Assembly (NCBI GenBank): GCA_039028615.1
Contig: JBCCHT010000049.1
Location: forward strand, 29,514-93,513
DNA: 64,000 nt
Direction of reading: 5' to 3'
From: Myxococcota bacterium
GTDB taxonomy: Bacteria > Myxococcota_A > Polyangia > Nannocystales > Nannocystaceae
Each line of letters starts with the position of its first letter. Position 1 is the first letter of the stretch. Of the stretch, positions 52,078 to 61,501 are shown piece by piece. The notes under the pieces are model-generated. The model worked only from the letters and a program-made list of their open reading frames with translations, was not told the origin of the DNA and made no database searches. A program made the position numbers and the translations under genes.

Positions 52078-53826
52078 GTGCCCATCCCATCCACCACCCG
52101 TGTGTGCCCCGCGTGCCTGGCCGACAACGCCATGGGGGATCAGTGTGTGCACTGCCGGGCCCCGCTGCTGCTGGGAGAGCGCTTCGCGCCCGTGGAGGCC
52201 GTCTCCAACAAGGGCTCGACCCGAACCTTCATCGGGGTCGACACCCACCGCCACGACGCGTCGGTCATCATCAAGACCCTCAGCGTGTCGGCGATCTCCG
52301 AGTGGAAAGAGCTCGAGCTGTTTCAGCGGGGCATCGGGGTGCTGCGAGGGCTCGAGCACCCGGGCATCCCTCGGCACCTGCACGACGGCGAGTTCGAGCG
52401 GGGAGGGGAGACGGTCTACTACTGGGTGCAGGAGCGCATTGCCGGCCGCAACCTGCAGCAGGGGCTCGAGCAGGGCCAGCGCTGGACCGAGGCACAGGCA
52501 GAGGCTCTGGCCCGCGCGTTGCTCGAGATCCTCGTGCACCTCCAGGGCTTCAGCCCGCCCATCATCCATCGGGACATCAAGCCGTCGAACATCATCGAGC
52601 GCGAGGACGGCTCGGGCTTCGTGCTCATCGACTTCGACCTGGTCAAGGACACGCTCGATCCCGAGGGCGGCTCCACCACGGCGCTGGGAACCGCGGGCTA
52701 CGCCCCGCTCGAGCAGCTGATGGGTCAGGCCATCCCCGCGTCGGACCTGTTCGGGCTGGGGGCGACGCTGGTGGCCGTGTTGTCTCGCAAGGCGCCCTCG
52801 GACCTGGTCGATCCGGGGGAGGGGCGCATCGACTTTCGGGGGCACGTGCGGGTGTCCGAGCCCTTCGCGGGGTTCATCGAGCAACTGCTGGCGGTGCGAG
52901 CCGCCGAGCGCCCGCCCGATGCCGAGGCGGCGCTGCGGGGGCTATCCGGCAAAGAGGAGCCCCGTTCGAGCGAGGCCAGCGAAGCCGTGGCGGCTCTGCC
53001 CGAGAGCACCGACGACGACGAACTCGTCGTTGCGCTGACCGAGGCATCGTCAGCGGAGCGGCCGCTGCCCGACACTACGGGCACCATCACGCTGGTCCCC
53101 GTCGTGTCCGAGCACGAGCCCAAGGTCTCGGTACCGGCCACCCTCGCCAAAGACCACCCCGCGCCGTTTTGGGTCTTTCCCATCCGCATCGCGATGCTCT
53201 TCGCGGTCTTGTTCGCGCTGCCCCTGGGCGACAGCATCGCCTGGATCCTCGCGGCGGTGACGTGGATCGTCAGCAGCTTCGTGGTGCGCTACCCGGTTCA
53301 GCTACCGCCGGGTCGCGCGCTGTACAAGGGCGGGATCAGCAACACGGGTGAGCCGGGCCGGTACTGGCTGCGCAAGCGGTTGTTCGACACCCCGCGCTCG
53401 ATCTCCAACAACGCGCTGACTCTGGAGTGGCGGCCCGCCCCCACGCGACTGAACGCCCCGGGGGATCGGGTGCGGTGGCTGGAGCTTTCGGCGAACCTCC
53501 GGTTTCAGCCCCGCTCCGACGAGGTCGGGCAGTTCTCCGCGTTGCTGAAGTACGGGAGCTGGTCGTCGTACCCCCACCGACTCGCCAAAGAGCTGCGCGA
53601 AGAGGTCATCTCGGACATGGCCGAGGTCCTGAGCGTGGCCGCGCTGTTCGAGGCTTCGCGGCAGACCCGGGTGAGCGTCCGCGAGCAAGTCACGCCTGCG
53701 CTCACCTCGGGGCTGGCCGAGCTGGGTCTCACCCTGGTCGCGGTCGACGAGGTTCACGCCACGCTGGGCGCCCAGACGGACGACCTCCAGACCGAAGACC
53801 GGGTCGACCTGCGCGCGGCCGGCTGA
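52078..53826 (+). CDS. Ser/Thr kinase with N-terminal CxxC...CxxC, two TM helices and an SPFH-like C-terminus
   Basis: CPAC..CVHC; IIK; HRDIKPSN; DFD; GTAGYAPLE; hydrophobic hairpin at ~aa 365-405. Confidence 0.85.
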   Translation: MPIPSTTRVCPACLADNAMGDQCVHCRAPLLLGERFAPVEAVSNKGSTRTFIGVDTHRHDASVIIKTLSVSAISEWKELELFQRGIGVLRGLEHPGIPRHLHDGEFERGGETVYYWVQERIAGRNLQQGLEQGQRWTEAQAEALARALLEILVHLQGFSPPIIHRDIKPSNIIEREDGSGFVLIDFDLVKDTLDPEGGSTTALGTAGYAPLEQLMGQAIPASDLFGLGATLVAVLSRKAPSDLVDPGEGRIDFRGHVRVSEPFAGFIEQLLAVRAAERPPDAEAALRGLSGKEEPRSSEASEAVAALPESTDDDELVVALTEASSAERPLPDTTGTITLVPVVSEHEPKVSVPATLAKDHPAPFWVFPIRIAMLFAVLFALPLGDSIAWILAAVTWIVSSFVVRYPVQLPPGRALYKGGISNTGEPGRYWLRKRLFDTPRSISNNALTLEWRPAPTRLNAPGDRVRWLELSANLRFQPRSDEVGQFSALLKYGSWSSYPHRLAKELREEVISDMAEVLSVAALFEASRQTRVSVREQVTPALTSGLAELGLTLVAVDEVHATLGAQTDDLQTEDRVDLRAAG

Positions 53827-53848
53827 TCTCGAAAAATGTTAAGTTGAG

Positions 53849-53875
53849 TGTCCAACCCCGCCTCCCTCGGGCGTC
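53849..53875 (+). promoter_or_regulatory. Candidate ECF42-type promoter TGTCCA-N17-CGTC
   Basis: Resembles the reported ECF42 consensus (-35 TGTCGA, -10 CG(A/T)C); directly upstream of the YciI/sigma operon. Confidence 0.55.
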
Positions 53876-53897
53876 ATGGGGTCGAAGAGGAGACACC

Positions 53898-54239
53898 ATG
53901 CCCAAATTCCTGTGCCTTCAACGCAGCCTTCCCAGTGCCACCCCCGCCGAGCAGCGGCCCTCTCCGGCCCAAATGCAGGAGATGTACGCCAAGTTCGGGG
54001 CCTGGCGGGAGCAGTTCAAAGACCAGCTCGTCGACATGGGCGGCAAGCTGGGGCAGGGGCGCCTGGTCGCGGCCGAGCCCGCGCCCGACGGGCCCTACGT
54101 CGAGGTCAAGGAGCTCGTCGGCGGCTACATGATCGTGCAGGCCCAAGACCTCGAGGGCGCGATCGAGGTCGCCCGTGCCTGCCCCGGTCTCGTGCGCCCC
54201 GGATCCGGGGTCGAGGTCGTCGAGATCCACACGCCTTGA
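53898..54239 (+). CDS. YciI/DGPF family protein
   Basis: DGPYVEVKELVGGY...A..CP...VEV; GAGGAG RBS. Confidence 0.92.
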   Translation: MPKFLCLQRSLPSATPAEQRPSPAQMQEMYAKFGAWREQFKDQLVDMGGKLGQGRLVAAEPAPDGPYVEVKELVGGYMIVQAQDLEGAIEVARACPGLVRPGSGVEVVEIHTP

Positions 54240-55555
54240 GCACGCCCGCCCTCGTCGAGCACCTGTTCCGTCACGAGTACGGGAGGTTGGTCGCGACGCT
54301 GTCACGCCGCGTGGGGGTCGAGCACCTGCACGCGGTCGAAGACGCGGCGCAGGTGGCCCTGATGCGGGCGCTCGAGCACTGGCGGATCGAGGGGCAGCCC
54401 GATGCCCCGTCGGCGTGGCTGTTTCGGGTCGCCCACAATCATTTGATCGCCGAGCTGCGCAAAGGCGCGGGGCGGCAGCGCATCCTCGCTCGCCGGGGCC
54501 ATGGGCTCGATCCCGGGCCCGAGGGCGGCACCGCGCCCGAGCCACCGCTGGCGGGCGAGCTGTCCGATGACCTCGCGCGCATGCTCTTCGTGTGCTGTGA
54601 CGACGTGCTGCCGGCCCGCTCCCAGCTGGTGCTCGCGCTCAAGACCCTGTGCGGGTTCAGTGTGGCCGAGATCGGCCGCCGCTTGTTCATCACCGAGGCC
54701 AACGTCTACAAGCGCCTCACCCGGGCCCGCGAGCGCTTGCGCGAGCAACCACCGCAGCTCGACGGGCTCTCCACCGCGCAGCTCGAGGCGCGCGTGCCCG
54801 CCGTGTTGCGGGTCTTGTATCAGCTCTTCACCGAGGGGTACCTGTCGTCGCATGCCGAGCTGGCGATCCGTGAGGAGCTGTGTGCGGAGGCGCTGCGGCT
54901 CGGGCTGGTCCTCGCCGAGCACCCCGCGGGGCAGACCCCACCAACGGCCGCCCTCGTCGCGCTGATGTACCTGCATGCGGCTCGCCTGCGTGGCCGGGCT
55001 GATGCAGACGGGGCGCTGGTGCTGCTCGAGGAGCAGGACCGAACGCAGTGGAATGCGGAGCAGATCGCAACCGGCATGCAGTGGCTCGAGCGCTCGGCGG
55101 CGGGCGACCGTTTCTCTCGCTATCACGCCGAGGCAGCGATCGCGGCCGAGCACTGCCTCGCCCCTTCGTTCGAGCAGACGCGCTGGGACACCATCGCCGA
55201 GCTGTATGCCACGCTCGAGCGCCTGCAGCCCTCGCCGCTGCACCGACTGAACCGCGCGGTGGCCATCGCCGAGGCCGAGGGTCCGCACGCCGGGCTCGCG
55301 CTGCTGAACGGCTTCGAGCCGCCCACCTGGCTCGAGGGCTCGCATATGTGGCCGGCGGTGCTCGCCGAGCTGCACCGTCGTTGCGGTCACGAAGCCGAGT
55401 TCACGCGCCACCGCGCGCTGGCGCTGACGCTCGCGCCCACGCCAGCCGTGCGACAGTTGCTGCTGCGCAGCCTCGGCGCTAGCCCGGAACCTCGACCCGA
55501 CGCCACTGGGCATCAGCCAGATGAGGGACGGAAGTGCACATTGTGCTACAGGTAA
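54236..55555 (+). CDS. ECF42-type sigma factor with C-terminal DUF6596/TPR extension
   Basis: TTGA overlap with the YciI gene; EDAAQ.A, AWLFRVA, RMLFVCC, VLYQLFTEGY, LEEQDRTQW, LNRAVA. Confidence 0.92.
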   Translation: MSTPALVEHLFRHEYGRLVATLSRRVGVEHLHAVEDAAQVALMRALEHWRIEGQPDAPSAWLFRVAHNHLIAELRKGAGRQRILARRGHGLDPGPEGGTAPEPPLAGELSDDLARMLFVCCDDVLPARSQLVLALKTLCGFSVAEIGRRLFITEANVYKRLTRARERLREQPPQLDGLSTAQLEARVPAVLRVLYQLFTEGYLSSHAELAIREELCAEALRLGLVLAEHPAGQTPPTAALVALMYLHAARLRGRADADGALVLLEEQDRTQWNAEQIATGMQWLERSAAGDRFSRYHAEAAIAAEHCLAPSFEQTRWDTIAELYATLERLQPSPLHRLNRAVAIAEAEGPHAGLALLNGFEPPTWLEGSHMWPAVLAELHRRCGHEAEFTRHRALALTLAPTPAVRQLLLRSLGASPEPRPDATGHQPDEGRKCTLCYR

Positions 55556-55767
55556 GTTTTGTCATTTTTTTTATGGAGATTGAAATTTTTACCCATCGCT
55601 ACCGATAAACAAGGTGTGACTGCGAACTGCAGGTGCGAAACATCGAAAATGTCGGGCCAGTGAACTTGACGCTGGATTTCGTCAAGAAAGCCGACTGCTG
55701 CGAGTAGCTGAGCAGGTTAGGTGTTTGCGTTCTTTTCGATCAGCTAAGTCGAAGGACAAAAATCAAA

Positions 55768-56313
55768 ATGCGAAACAAGATGGTTCTAGTGTCTACCCCG
55801 TTGTCGTTGCTTCTTGTGTTGTGCTTTGGGTGCGATGAGTCAGTGATTCCGAACGGGGCAATAGAAGCAGCAACTGAAATATTGGAGGGCGATTGTGAGA
55901 CGACGGAGCCCGATGGAGATCGAGAACTGAACCCTGGAGACAATACAACGCCCAAGGCAACATTTAAAGGCATCTGTGATGATGATGTGGACGTGGATTG
56001 GGACGTTTGCTTGGTAGAGGAGAATGACGACGGCGAGGAAATACAGTCGCTCGATGGGAACGGGAGAGAGATTTGTGGGAGCCTTCGGACTGAACTTGTT
56101 TGCGAAAACAATGAATTCGAGCTCGGCGATACGTTCTGTCTGGGTGGATACTGTTCTTGGGTTATCGGTGATGACCCGAGTCCCTATGACTGCGGCTGGG
56201 TTATTGTCGGCCTGTCAGCCAAGATAGCTCGTACAGGTGAGTCCCTCGGTTTCTACAATGCTGCGTTTGTCGAATCGTTGGGGTTTGAACTCCTTCCCGT
56301 TAGTCGAGAGTGA
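55768..56313 (+). CDS. Acidic Cys-rich lipoprotein (orphan)
   Basis: AAGGA RBS-like site; signal peptide ending CFGC. Confidence 0.7.
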   Translation: MRNKMVLVSTPLSLLLVLCFGCDESVIPNGAIEAATEILEGDCETTEPDGDRELNPGDNTTPKATFKGICDDDVDVDWDVCLVEENDDGEEIQSLDGNGREICGSLRTELVCENNEFELGDTFCLGGYCSWVIGDDPSPYDCGWVIVGLSAKIARTGESLGFYNAAFVESLGFELLPVSRE

Positions 56314-56357
56314 TGGCTTCTTGGGTAGGGTAGTCGTGTTGTTGTGACAGTAAGGGG

Positions 56358-56762
56358 ATGTCGATGCGAGTGTTGTGTTTGGTGGTATTGCTAGGAGGGG
56401 TGTCTGGTTGCCGGGCAGACTGCATGGCAAATATCTTTCCTGTTGGTAATGTGTCAGCCAATGGCGCTCCTGGATCGGGGGGCCTGTGGTCGCAGGATAT
56501 CAGGATTTCTTTGGAGGGGCAGTGTGATCCTGGTGGGGAGATGGTCCAGGTTAGCGAGTGGGCTGAAGCCGAGGACTTCAGCATCAATCAGGACGGGGCT
56601 ACTGGATGGATTGAACCCGGCAAGGAACTTTCGGGTGTGATGAAAGGTGAGTTTGGTCCCGGAGCTGCAGGGGAGGTTGGTTGTGATGTGTTCGTTGTAG
56701 ATGACGATGCTGTTGTTGATACATTAGTGTTGAGCGCTGCTGATGTTGTTTCGAGAATTTAG
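56358..56762 (+). CDS. Small lipoprotein (orphan)
   Basis: AAGGGG RBS; signal peptide ending VSGC. Confidence 0.65.
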   Translation: MSMRVLCLVVLLGGVSGCRADCMANIFPVGNVSANGAPGSGGLWSQDIRISLEGQCDPGGEMVQVSEWAEAEDFSINQDGATGWIEPGKELSGVMKGEFGPGAAGEVGCDVFVVDDDAVVDTLVLSAADVVSRI

Positions 56763-56898
56763 GCTAGCTCGTAGGGCAAGGTGAGGGCGATCCGGTGATG
56801 TTCGGTAGCCGGTTAAGCTGGGTTTACGATTTGAGCCGAAAGTCAAAGATCCCATGTTCAGGTGGTCGTTGGCGAGCGAAATGAAGGAACTTGGAAAG

Positions 56899-57636
56899 AT
56901 GCAATTCAAAAAAGAAGGTTCGAGTAGCCGTCGCGTTTTTGTTGGCCAGTTTTCATCGCTGTTGATTGTGACTGGTGTGAGCGGAGGCGTCGTTCTTCGG
57001 CCGCAGGAGGCACGAGCCTCGATTGTTGGGCTGCTTGCACTCGGAGCGTTCGCAATCACAGCTACAATTGCAAAGTTGTCGGTTGAGGGGGTTTTTTCCC
57101 GTGCTGCAGGCCGGATGTTGAGCAAGGAAGAGCGGAAAGCAAGGAGAAAACTGCGTAGAGAAGACATGGTGTGGATCCGAGATGCACGAAACATGTTAGT
57201 CGGATCGCGGCGAGCGGAACGAAAGAACATCCGGATGCTGAGACGGAGTCTCAGAGTTGCGCGCCGAGACGCATCGGAGCATCTGGGGGCTGACTTCAAC
57301 CTCGCTATGTCTCAAATTGGCGTAGTGCATCCACGCTTCGTGAGGTCGGTTGACCCTGAGGAAGCTGTCAGTATCGCATTGCACTGCGCACATCACCATG
57401 ACCTTCTTCAGCCTGACGAATGTGGGTACTTTCGAAACTCTGAGGGACACAAGTACGAAGCTCTAAGAGTTCCTGCTAGTCGAAATACACGAAAGGAAGC
57501 AGGGGAGGCGTTGCAGTCCATTTACAGGGATGCAGTCTCACATTTCGGAACGGAAGCTGTCAGAGGTTTCGATTCTGTCGGTTCTGAAGCCGAACAAGGG
57601 TTGAATAGGATGGTTGCGTTTAACAGGATCGCTTGA
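56899..57636 (+). CDS. Putative Tat-exported protein with hydrophobic N-terminus and basic helix
   Basis: SRRVFV twin-arginine-like motif, ARA cleavage site, then SIVGLLALGAFAITATIAKL and an R/K-rich stretch. Confidence 0.6.
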   Translation: MQFKKEGSSSRRVFVGQFSSLLIVTGVSGGVVLRPQEARASIVGLLALGAFAITATIAKLSVEGVFSRAAGRMLSKEERKARRKLRREDMVWIRDARNMLVGSRRAERKNIRMLRRSLRVARRDASEHLGADFNLAMSQIGVVHPRFVRSVDPEEAVSIALHCAHHHDLLQPDECGYFRNSEGHKYEALRVPASRNTRKEAGEALQSIYRDAVSHFGTEAVRGFDSVGSEAEQGLNRMVAFNRIA

Positions 57637-57726
57637 CTTTGCTGTCATTCCTGTCTCTCATTTGATTGAGATTCGTGTGCTATTCGAAAGAGGTCGGTGG
57701 TGGCTTGAGCTGCCGGCTTTGATTGT

Positions 57727-57773
57727 TGCCTGTACCGGGCATCGCGATCACTCGTACCGCTCATCGTGATCAC
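57727..57773. repeat. IS21-family terminal repeat region (two ~20-bp CATCGYGATCAC units)
   Basis: TGCCT-GTACCGGGCATCGCGATCAC-TC-GTACCGCTCATCGTGATCAC, downstream of the istB remnant. Confidence 0.7.
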
Positions 57774-57823
57774 CTTCGGGGTGGCTGCGAGATCGGAGCG
57801 AAGCGACGCTGGGCCTGAGGTTG

Positions 57824-58191
57824 CTATTCGGTGAGGTTGCTTTCTTCCTTGCGGCGTGATGGACCGGCGAGCGTGAGCCGATGCGCGTTGCTGAGGATAC
57901 GATCACAGATCGCATCGGCGGTAGTCGGGTCGCCCCAAATGGTCGTGCCACTTCGACGTGGGTAGCTGACTGGTGATCACCGTAGACCGGAGCCCGTATC
58001 GGTCGTCCATGATCTCGTTGAGGTCACGGCGCTCGCGGGGTCCGACCGCCGCGAGTCCCCAGTCATTGAGTACCAGCAGGTCGGCCTTGGCGAACCTGGC
58101 CAGCAACCGAGTGTAGCTGCAGTCGGCGTGGGCAGCGACAGCTCGTGGAAGAGTCGAGAGACTCGGCGGTAGAGGACACGGTAGCCTCGAC
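57824..58191 (-). pseudogene. istB: IS21 istB 3' fragment, frameshifted
   Basis: GYRVLY.R..RLF..L / LARFAKADLLVLNDWG / ITSQLP..KWH / ADAICDR / NAHRL.L.G.SRRK spread across different frames. Confidence 0.88.
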
Positions 58192-58251
58192 GTAAGTGCC
58201 CGGTGGACGACGGGTGGTCAGGCTGCCGGCAACCGGCCGAGCCTGGGAGGC

Positions 58252-58587
58252 ATGGGAAAGAATACAGCGAAACGATGGGCAGAGGTGGATGCCGAGAAGG
58301 TCTTGTCAGATGCAGAACGGAGTGGCCTGGACGACCGCGAGTATGCCAAGCGGCACGGGCTCGATCCGCAACGGCTGTGGTGTTGGCGGAAGCGGCTTGG
58401 GCGTCCGCGGAGCGAGTCGGGCGATACGCCAACGTTCGTCGAGGTCCAGGCCACGTCGCAGCCTCCGGCCCTCCCGCAGATGGTCGAGGTGTGGCTTGCG
58501 AACGGGCGTTCGGTGGTGGTGCCCATGTCGATGGACACGACCAGGCTCACTGAGCTGCTCGATGCCATCGATGGTCCGAGGTGCTGA
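58252..58587 (+). CDS. tnpA: IS66 accessory protein TnpA
   Basis: SGL...YA..HGL...L..WRKRL...FVEV...VEV.L.NG. Confidence 0.85.
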   Translation: MGKNTAKRWAEVDAEKVLSDAERSGLDDREYAKRHGLDPQRLWCWRKRLGRPRSESGDTPTFVEVQATSQPPALPQMVEVWLANGRSVVVPMSMDTTRLTELLDAIDGPRC

Positions 58588-58948
58588 GTATCCCGCCGAC
58601 GATGCGGGTCTTCGTGCCCGTGACCCCGACCGATATGCGCAAGTCGTTCTCGGGGGTGGCCGTCGCGGTCCGGGGATCCGTCGCCGAAGATCGCTCTCAG
58701 GCCAACTGTTCGTCTTCTTCAACCGAAGGCAGACGATGATGAAGTCGATCTACTGGGACGGCGGCGGCTACTGCCTGATGGCCAAGCAGCTCGCGCGTGG
58801 CACCTTCGTTTTGCCCACAGCCAACGAACGTGGCGTCGTCGAGCTCGAGGCATCGGAGCTCGCGTTGATTCTCGATGGCATCGACCTGTCGAATGCACGA
58901 CGACGGCCGCGATGGGAACGGGCCGAACAATGGAGCACGGTGACCTGA
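58581..58948 (+). pseudogene. tnpB: IS66 accessory protein TnpB with a 1-nt frameshift near 58691
   Basis: PTDMRKSFSG in one frame; LSGQLFVFFNRR...YWDGGG..L..K.L..G.F in another. Confidence 0.85.
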
Positions 58949-58992
58949 TACGGCCCTTGCACCTCGCGATCGACTGTGGCTAATGGAGGGCG

Positions 58993-60558
58993 TTGGCCTC
59001 CAACGCATCCGACGACACCGACCTGGACCTCATCGTCGAGACGATGGGGCTGCTCTTTGATGAGGGCAAGAAGGACGTGCTGCTCAGCACGATGCGCTCG
59101 GTGATGGAGGCGGCGCTGGCGGACAACCGAGCGATGAGCCTGCGGCTGGCCGAGGAACTCAAGCGCACGTCCGGCCGCAGCAGCGAGCGCATCGACCCCA
59201 ACCAGCTGAAGCTGTTTCTCGGAGAACTCCGCCAGGAGCAACAGCCCGCGGCCGATAACGACGACGCACAGGAGGTGCCGAACGAACCTCCGCCGCTGAA
59301 GCCGAAGTCGAGCAAAGACCGACGTCGGGCACGGCGACCGCTGCCCGACGATCTTCCTCGCGAAGAGGTTCGACTCGTGCCGACACCCGAGCAACTCGAG
59401 GGCAAGAACTCGATGCGCAAGATTGGTGAGGAGCGCTCAGAAGCTCTGGAGTACGAGCCTGCGCGTTTCAAGGTCATCGAGTACATCCGGGAGACGTGGT
59501 CCAACGTTGATGGAAACATCGTCACCGCTCCGGCGCCGCTCAAGATCATCGACAAGGGCCTGCCCGGTGTCGGACTCCTGACGCATGTGCTGCTGTCGAA
59601 ATTCCTCGACCACTGTCCGCTGGCGCGGCTATCCCGGGTGTTCGCGCGAGGTGGTGTGGAGCTGCATCGAAACCGCCTGGTCGACTGGGTGGCTGCAACG
59701 GCCTTCCTGCTCGAACCGCTGGCGCGGCGGATTCACGAACTCGCGATGCTGTCTCATGTGTTGCAGGTCGACGACACGCATCTGAAGGTCCTCGATCGCA
59801 AGGCCTCGAAGAATATCAAGCGCGGGCACCTATGGGTGCTGGTCGGTGACCAGGCCTTCGTGTCGTTTCGCTACACGGAGAACTGGACGGCGGAGCTCGC
59901 CGACGAGTTCCTGGGACCGCGGATCGGATGGATGCAGGTCGATGGGTACGGAGGCTACGAGTCGATCGCGAAGGACCGGCCACTGCTGCTCGTCGGATGT
60001 TGGATGCACGCGCGGCGGTATCTGGTCAAAGCACTCGATGCCAAGGACGTCCGGGCAGCCGAGCCCTTGGACATCATCAAGCGAATGTGCGAGGTGGAGG
60101 CAGCTTCGAAGCTAGCCGAGGATACCCACGCGCAACGGTACGAGAGACGATTCAAGGAACTCGTGCCGTTGCTCGATGAGCTCGAGCAGTGGAAAGAAGA
60201 CAATCGTGGCGTCGCGCCGCCAAATGAGCCCCTCGGGAGGGCGTGGACGTATCTCGACAACCACTGGAAGATCCTGCGAGTCGTCGAGAAGGACGGCGCA
60301 CTCAAGTTGGACAATGGAGAGGTCGAGCGGGTGATTCGCGGTCCGGCGATGGGGCGACGCAATTGGCTGTTCGCTGGCTCGGATGAAGGGGCGAAGCGGG
60401 CGGCGATCGTGTTGACTGTGCTCAAGACGGCGAAGCGGGCCGGGGTGGACCTGCGAGCGTATCTGATGGATGTGCTGACGAAGATCGCGGGCGGGTGGAA
60501 GCAAGCTCGGCTGGATGAGCTGCTGCCCCATCGGTGGCAGGCGCCGGCTTCGGCGTGA
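58993..60558 (+). CDS. tnpC: IS66 DDE transposase TnpC
   Basis: GRSSER, QVDDT, QVDGY, GCWMHARR, DNGEVER, GRRNWLFAGS, LLPHRW. Confidence 0.95.
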   Translation: MASNASDDTDLDLIVETMGLLFDEGKKDVLLSTMRSVMEAALADNRAMSLRLAEELKRTSGRSSERIDPNQLKLFLGELRQEQQPAADNDDAQEVPNEPPPLKPKSSKDRRRARRPLPDDLPREEVRLVPTPEQLEGKNSMRKIGEERSEALEYEPARFKVIEYIRETWSNVDGNIVTAPAPLKIIDKGLPGVGLLTHVLLSKFLDHCPLARLSRVFARGGVELHRNRLVDWVAATAFLLEPLARRIHELAMLSHVLQVDDTHLKVLDRKASKNIKRGHLWVLVGDQAFVSFRYTENWTAELADEFLGPRIGWMQVDGYGGYESIAKDRPLLLVGCWMHARRYLVKALDAKDVRAAEPLDIIKRMCEVEAASKLAEDTHAQRYERRFKELVPLLDELEQWKEDNRGVAPPNEPLGRAWTYLDNHWKILRVVEKDGALKLDNGEVERVIRGPAMGRRNWLFAGSDEGAKRAAIVLTVLKTAKRAGVDLRAYLMDVLTKIAGGWKQARLDELLPHRWQAPASA

Positions 60559-60622
60559 GCTCGGCGGTGGCCGGTAGCGCAGAGCTGAGGCCGTCGCTAC
60601 CCGTCGTTCACAGGGCACTTAC

Positions 60623-60823
60623 GTTGGGCCTTCCATGCTTCAGCGAGGCCGCGTTGGTTCATCGAGCGTTCTTTCGTCTCCTTGTCGTTCGGGTTCAGTG
60701 GTAGTAGACGCCACCACGAATGTTCTCGTGGTCGACGGGGGCAGGGGGTTCGGGGTGGTCACGGTCGACGCGATCGAGACCGTTCTTGAGCACGCTTTCG
60801 ACGTGCCGATACGAGCAGGCGCT
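60623..60823 (-). pseudogene. istA: IS21 istA 3' end (60695..~60823) and istB 5' remnant (60623..60669)
   Basis: Manual translation: SYRHVESVLKNGLDR...HENIRGGVYYH*, then AAGGAG and (ACG)LDEPT..GLAEAWKAQ. Confidence 0.8.
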
Positions 60824-61383
60824 GGAGCGCTCTCAGCCCATGTTGGCTATGCGCCCCCGGAAAACCGGAACGAAAGACGCCGACCTACCTACTTCACGGG
60901 ACCACGACCCTGTTCGCTGCTCTCGATATCGTGACGGGACAGGTCATCGGCGAGTGCCACCGCCGCCATCGCAGCTCTGAGTTCATCAAGTTCCTCAGAA
61001 CGATCGACAAGAACGTCCCGAAGGAGTTCGATGTTCACCTCGTCCTCGACAACTACGCGACGCATGGGACGGAGGCCGTGCTTCGATGGCGAAAACGACA
61101 TCCCCGATTCAACTTCCACTTCACGCCGACCTATTCGAGCTGGTTGAACCAGGTCGAGCGTTGGTTTGCCCTGCTGACGGAACGCCAGCTCAAGCGCTCC
61201 GCGCATCGAAGCACCCGAGCCTTGGAGAAAGACATCCGCGCGTTCCTGACCGCTCACAACGAAGACCCTCGGCCCTTCATCCGGACCAAGAACGCCGATC
61301 AGATTCTTTGCGCAATCGCACGTCACTGCCAACTCGAGCTGGAACTGAGGGATATGCAACGAAAAGCTGACTCAGGACACTAG
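60816..61383 (+). pseudogene. IS630-family transposase, 5'-truncated and frameshifted
   Basis: QALERSQPML.MRP / HGTTTLFAALD..TG.VIG / LVLDNYATH / HFTPTYSSWLNQVERWF; ends GACTCAGGACACTAG. Confidence 0.88.
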
Positions 61384-61501
61384 TGCCATCCGGATAAGTG
61401 TCTCAAGATGCTGTCGCCGTTGCAACTTTGGCACCTTCAAGGGATCCAAGTTCCTGCTTGGTTCGGTATCGTTAGCTCCGCCGGATATTAGCTGAGGGGT
61501 T

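Larger units (their letters stand above)
58192..60622 (+). mobile_element. IS66-family insertion sequence (2431 bp)
   Basis: 24-bp terminal IRs with 2 mismatches (GTAAGTGCCCGGTGGACGACGGGT / GTAAGTGCCCTGTGAACGACGGGT); tnpA-tnpB-tnpC order. Confidence 0.93.

Noticed and set aside
57732..57773. Two 20-bp repeats as a possible mini-CRISPR
   Set aside because: Only two units with a 2-bp gap and no cas genes; they fit IS21 terminal repeats.
58581..58948. 'tnpB' as an RNA-guided nuclease
   Set aside because: This is the small IS66 accessory TnpB, unrelated to IS200/IS605 TnpB; no RuvC motifs.
61384..61501. Possible MITE between CTAG sites
   Set aside because: No convincing terminal inverted repeats.
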